Positions 57,871-64,000 of a DNA stretch of 64,000 nucleotides are shown here, one piece after another. Under the pieces are notes generated by a model. It did no database searches and was not told where the DNA came from. It saw nothing but the letters and a program-made list of their open reading frames with translations. How positions within the stretch are numbered: the stretch's first letter is position 1; each line of letters begins with the position of its first letter. Made by a program: the position numbers and the translations under genes. The DNA is from Tubiluchus corallicola (lineage: Eukaryota > Animalia > Priapulida): contig JAQGDQ010000246.1 in the NCBI GenBank assembly GCA_030141605.1, forward strand, positions 124,001 through 188,000. The letters are read 5' to 3'.

Positions 57871-59806
57871 AATATAGGATATTTCTTTTATTGAAGAAAG
57901 ACGTACAGTATATCGTACGATACACCTGTATGTGGCTAAGACATCTTTTTACACCTGTTCTCTTTCTCAAATTAGAAAATTATCCTTGGTAATTACCAAG
58001 ATTCCGATCAAAATACAACCATTGTCATTAAGTAGGTCCTTGAGTGTTGGATACTGGCTTGGCAAGTGCCTTACTGACAGTACAAAAATGCTGTGCGTCA
58101 AATGATCGCATCATTTTATCCGTGGCTTTCGTCGAATAATTCGAACTATTTTATCCACATAAATCCGTTTTATCTTTCGTTTCCTTTGATAACCATTTTA
58201 TTACTCGCAAACTATCATAACTCATGAAGCCAAAACACAACATACATGCACAAAGTAAGAAATAATGGCAAACTTTCATTGCAGGGAAAGTTATGGAAGC
58301 CAAATGGTTCAATAATAGGTTTGACTGTGTACGCAGAGTTCTGTTTTACAGCAGGCTGCATGAAAGGCATTTAAGTCTGCGTTTTTCTTGGCAATACACT
58401 TGCATGAAACTAAATTACACCATTGCACTTCCACAACAGGAGAACTGATTTTACATCACTTATATCACTATATCATTATATCACTTATATCGCTATATTT
58501 TGACTGAACGTAGTGAAATCAAGCGAAATAACACAGCAATGCTATTCAAATCACAGGCGGTCATTTAATGAGGAGACAGAAGCCGCCATGTACGTGTGGG
58601 CATTGGACCACCGGGGGATCGTTTGAGGTGGTATTTTTCGAGTGTCTATCGGTGTGCTCTTTCATGGGTATACTGTGTTTGTCTCAGTGCTGTATAGCCA
58701 GCGGCCGTTATGTGGTCACATGTAATTACACTGTCGTTCGCATAATAGAAAGGCAACCCAGTAGGGCAAATACAGTAGGACCCCGTTTTTTATAGCTTCC
58801 AAATGACATTTTCACTAATTAGTGTTAGCTGTCTCTTAGCGCTTTCGGTTAGCAAAGGGTTTGGCGGGGGTGTTTGACAGCATGGAAAGGACAATGAGGA
58901 ATTGAGGCAACATGAAAAGAATGATTTTGTTGAACTTACTAAAAACGTTACATAAACGCAATACACAAATTTAATTATATGTATGCAGAAGCAGATCTAA
59001 TATATATGCAGATGACTTATGACATAGAAACATTTCAAGGAGATAGCGTGAATGAGCTATATGGTGAGAGCAATGAGGCTCTACTGTGAGGCCATTGAGT
59101 ACGGACGGCCTTACCTGAGTAAAAGTGTTACTGCTACGTGAGGACGTTAAGGACAGTGATGAAATTAGGACAGCCATGGACAAAAGTATTGTACGTACAG
59201 ATGTAGACGCGTAGTATGACGATATATAGTAAGGGAATCACGAATGACATTAGTAAATTCTTATAAGGAGCTCGAGGATACCACGAGAAGAAAATGAGAA
59301 CTTGCGTGGTAATGAACAGTTTTTGCGAGGGGAGTAATGAGAAAGGAAGGGGTATTGCATGACTAGGGATATATTTTGTGACGTACGTTAGGACAGTTAC
59401 GTAAAACCTGTAGAAAGGACATGCGAGGTCGATGTGATTGTCACATAAGGGTAGTAAACACTAATAAATGTGGCACATCTGAATTTCATAAAAAACTCTT
59501 AACGATTTTTTTGTTAAATTTTGTACTGAAATTTTTCTTTGTGCATGTATCTAGATTCCGTGCCTCATATTCATACGGATGTTATAATTTTATAGATATC
59601 GACTCTGTTACTAACTAGCCATTAAGTTTGTCACTAGCCATACAAGAAATGTCAGGTTTCGATGTATTACTAAATTTCTCTAGTTATCAAGTTGAGTATT
59701 TAGTGAGTAACAAAATATTTAACAATGACGATAATCAGACGCAGTATTACTATAATAAATGCTTCTGCTGTAAGTTATATTTCTTAATGTGGAATTTTTT
59801 TTATAG

Positions 59807-59908
59807 CCATCCTCATAGCAGAATTTGTATGGTTAGTGCTCGGAATCGTCTGGATGAAGGAGCACTGGGAGAGATGTCCGTCCAATATTGCAAAGAAGAC
59901 CATTTTAG
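59807..59908 (+). CDS. DAGLA: Diacylglycerol lipase alpha, coding exon 3
   Basis: AILIAEFVWLVLGIVWMKEHWERCPSNIAKKTILG (third TM helix); 102 nt, ttttatag acceptor and gtgag donor, phase 1-1. Confidence 0.94.
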
Positions 59909-60515
59909 GTGAGTCTTTTAAAAACCCAAGTTTGGAAACATGAACTGTCAATAATGACCAAAAGCTTATCTTCTTCAAAAGCTTCTTTTCAGTTTTTTGC
60001 CCAAGCGGCGTCTAGTGATTCTAACTGAAACCAATATCTTTCGCTTTTCTAAAAGTGCAGTCACAGCGGGTAAAATGTTGTAAAGAATATCAAGATACTG
60101 TGTAATTCTGTGCTACTGGCTTCCTGCGGATTCTCATTTGCAGTAAGTTGTTCTGGCTGATCTACTGCTCTATCATTAATGCAAGTGTTTGGGTAATAAA
60201 AGTAGACAAACATGCATTACTGTTATCAAACTGCTCCCGTGGAAACAGTCTGTTACCACTAATTAGTTTAGAGAAGGTTGAAATATTGATGTGGGTACAG
60301 AGCCACGGGCTAGTGAGCTATAAATGAATTTGTATCACCAATAAATGGGATTATGAGTAACTCAGAAGGAAGTGAAAGGTACAGATTTATGATGAGTTAA
60401 CACATCATTCCTAAAAGATGTCAAAATTATTGTCACGTATACTGAAGGCATTGAGCTGGTTTCAGTTTCCTTTCTTAGAATTACGGATTATAAATAAAAA
60501 AGTAAACACTACACA

Positions 60516-60662
<147 letters not shown>

Positions 60663-60703
60663 AAATACAGTATTTTTTAATTAATTTGTTGTACGTTTTC
60701 TAG

Positions 60704-60875
60704 GCATCGTAGTGTGCAACTGGATTGTGTGTATAAGTGTATTGGTCACCCTTTGGTGTACCTTTGATGCAGCCGGAAGGAGTTGGGTGAAGATGCAAAG
60801 GTACCAGAAGAGCTTACGCCAGAGTAAAACCAAATATAAGAGATCTGGCAATCGCAGGAGAAATTGGAGAAACAG
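60704..60875 (+). CDS. DAGLA: Diacylglycerol lipase alpha, coding exon 4; lipase domain lies beyond the window
   Basis: GIVVCNWIVCISVLVTLWCTFDAAGRSWVKMQRYQKSLRQSKTKYKRSGNRRRNWRNR; 172 nt, phase 1-2. Confidence 0.95.
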
Positions 60876-63111
60876 GTAAACACTGCTGCTGGAAAAATTC
60901 AGGATTATGTTTATTCAGTCTTCTTGGCTTGTTGTAAGTTTTCTAAAGAGTTTTCAGGTCACACAATTACCACGACCACTACCACTACCATCATCACATT
61001 CTAAACTTTATTAAATTTATTTTATTGGTACTGTATCGCACAAAAAGCCAGCAGTGTCACTTTGTCATAATATACAACTAAAATCTATCTCTTGACTATC
61101 ATATCCCTTGAATCAATATACTTCTATGGCAATAGCTGAATCGACGTTTACGGCAACAAGTTTTAAAGCCTTCATGCTTTTACGACACATTTCATTTGTG
61201 CGGTGTTGTCAAAATTAATATGTTGAACGCATTAGCTGGGTCCCGTAATTACCCAATTACGCGAATTGCTTAATAAATTATTTTTGTTTCGCCCCACAGT
61301 TGCAAGTACATAGCATTTCTACGAACAATTATTCACTGGCGTCTAAAACAGCTTTTAAAACAAGCCATTGGCAGCTATGAATGCAGACTATGTAAACATA
61401 AACGTAGAAGGACTTGAAAAACTCACAAAAGATTCCCAATAATGACTTTTAAGTCATTAATTTCAAGATATAAAGAAGTTTCAAGTCTCGGTTGAAAACG
61501 CCATTCTTTGTCTTTCGAACTCAGATTTTCATTGCGCGAGTCGCTCCTTTTCGGAATTTAAGCCAAGCAATGTTGAAGACTGACTTTTGTATACAAAACA
61601 ATAACTTTTAATGTATAGCTAGCGAGCCTTGTACGACAACTTAGTAGATTATTTGGATTAGAATTTTTAAAAAATGCTGCCTTACTGAACACAAGTTCAC
61701 CAAGCTCTCTTCACTGCTGGCGTTTATCAATGTAATTTGGTCTTCACCGAAATGCGATTTTCCAATGTGTCTGATTAAAGAAGCAGGGTTTTCTGAAAAC
61801 ACCACCGCGTACTTATTGTCAATAAAAATTATTGGCAGAGTCGACAATAAAACTGCCAGATATTGTAAACTACACTGTTTAATATGGTACTATGTTTACT
61901 AAAAAATTAATTAACATAGAAATACATAATTGAGATCATTATTGTGTGAGGCCAGGGACGGTTAAATCCGTTAAGCAGCACAATTCTGGCGCTTAATAAT
62001 GACAGTTTTTATCATTCACAAATTCAGAAAAACTGTATATTTTAATTATCAGTGAAGTTTTTTACTAAAAAATCACGTGTACTCTTCCACATTTTCTGCT
62101 ATGTCTTAGTAGGCCCTATTTGTTAGCAGTAGATGTATAAAATTTGAGGCTGCATTACCTTCAACAATCTTTTTGCAGATGGCGAAAGGTATGGCGTATT
62201 ACGCAAACATAGGTGGCGTAATTGAGATAAATGAAAGCGATAATAAGCTGATAATGCCGCATGATGAAAAAGAGAATCGGAACAATATTTTGTCGAGGAA
62301 GAGATTCACCTTTTACGAAACACGCTAAAACGTGCTGTATTTCTAGTACTAGCCTTAATTATGTTTAATCGACAACTGAAGAATCAATGCCACAAAATCA
62401 GAACAAATTCCATTCTCGGTCTGATGTCTCTTAGCACTATCTAAGTTGAACAACAGAGGCCCAGTAATACGGTTCTGAAGGAGTTGACAATTGTTGGCTC
62501 ACTTTCACAGAACAAACGTACGCTTGCCTTGATTGAATTTGTGCTCATATTAGATCGTATAAAGTGCGAATTGCGTGCTGAAAGCGAGCACTCAGCGGAA
62601 TTACAACGATTCCTGCACTTGCCGCACTTTCATAAACGTCCACGGTTAATGTTGGCCCGAACTCGGAAAAGTTGGCAGACCTATCAATTGAACTTCACTG
62701 AAGAAAATATAATCGTTTTTAAAATTTTCATCATAACAAAGCCATTACGCATAAAAAGATAAATCCGCAATTAAGAAAGAATTTATATTTTCGAAACTCA
62801 ATTTAGAGTTTTTTTTACCAATCGAAACAATGTGAAATTGATAATTTTGTTCATGCACACCACGTATGACGAAAAATTGCCTGAAAGAACAATAAATTTG
62901 TTGTGGTTTTGATAAGATGAATAATTTTATCTGACTCACAGATAATTTTATTTCGATTAGCTATTTTAAATTGAAATTTTTCTTTTTCAGCTGGCAGCTA
63001 CCTGCAGAGTATCGTTATCGGTTTGTTTATTATTTCGTTTTCGTTTTGGTTAAAAAGCTGGCTGAATGATTCGCTTTTGTTAAATGGTTCACCTTGATTA
63101 GTTAGTAGGCC

Positions 63112-63236
63112 GGTGGTTGGTTGGCTCGTTGGTTGGTTGGTTGGTTGGTTATTTGGTTGATTCATTGGTTGATCTGTTTGTTATTGGTTGATTAGTTTGT
63201 ACTTTGTTAGTCGGTTGGTTATTGTTTGTTGGTTGA
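63112..63236. repeat. Degenerate (TTGG)n microsatellite; a G16 run also lies at 63449-63464
   Basis: Read directly from the sequence. Confidence 0.85.
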
Positions 63237-64000
63237 ATAGGTAGTAGTTAAGAAGACAGTAAATCCTAACTGTAATACCCATTTCGCCTTAGTTCGCTTT
63301 AACTACGATGAAATTTCACTACTTTTTACTTTGCGATAAAAGTTCGAATTTCAAGTTTTACTTGAAGCACTAAAATATTATTTGGTGTTTTATTGTGATC
63401 TAAAAACATCAAGTATTGTAAATCTATCATGTTATATTTTCGTCTCCTGGGGGGGGGGGGGGGGTTTGTCGCTGTGAACCCATTTCTCTATCATTTCTGG
63501 CTGTTAAAGTAAGGATTCGTCGTTTTAATTTATTTGATATCTGTATACCTACTAATTCTAACAGTTTTATATAAAATTAAAACGAGTGTTATCAACACAT
63601 GCTTTATTGTGTATTGTGTAAGGCATCGCAATTCGAGTTGCATATGGAAAAGGCATGTGGAATTTAAATTCCTTATTGGCTTGCAGTAAGAGTACACTAT
63701 AGTTTGGTAAACTTTGCAGTAGGAAATTTTGTGGCTGAATTTTACCAAAATTTAATTGGCTATTATAATCGGGAAAGGAAGTGGCAGCTGTAACCCTGCC
63801 ATCTATATTGTTGGGAAGAGTTATCATTAAATTCAGTAAGGGGCATTCGTTGCTCGGTTCAGCTCAGTTATTAACTGAGGCAGTTCAATTATTAAGTTTC
63901 AAGGGATAATCACTCTACCTGCATAGCCGCAATTGTCGTGTGACTTTTGCAAAGCTGCAATAAATTCATTTTCAGTTGTTGACATTCACACAAAGTCAAG

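Noticed and set aside
58568-58795. Hydrophobic ORF considered as DAGLA exon 3
   Set aside because: 59807-59908 fits far better in sequence, length, splice sites and phase

Overview
AT-rich, intron-rich animal genomic DNA, probably a protostome invertebrate (inferred from the DAGL-alpha sequence type; the taxon cannot be fixed from this window). It holds two divergently transcribed genes, both running off the window. (1) Minus strand, 37219 to below 196: I assembled by hand 27 GT-AG-bounded, phase-compatible coding exons (4480 nt, at least 1493 aa, no stop reached; one junction near 15.95 kb is ambiguous). They encode a secreted, cysteine-rich multidomain protein: signal peptide, 3 WAP, 4 thyroglobulin type-1, 5 antistasin-like, 6 short six-Cys modules, 3 Kunitz, 1 lustrin-type and at least 7 Kazal domains. 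That is five protease-inhibitor families in one chain. (2) Plus strand, 42915 to beyond 60875: the first four coding exons of diacylglycerol lipase alpha (DAGLA/inaE type). Introns and the intergenic gap hold hAT-type MITEs with 8-bp target-site duplications, a decayed CR1/L2-type LINE, probable Penelope and RTE remnants, 5S-rRNA-like fragments, microsatellites, two near-perfect palindromes and two long inverted repeats. Most ORFs in the supplied track are spurious or read through exons into introns. All calls come from reading the sequence by eye; no searches were run.
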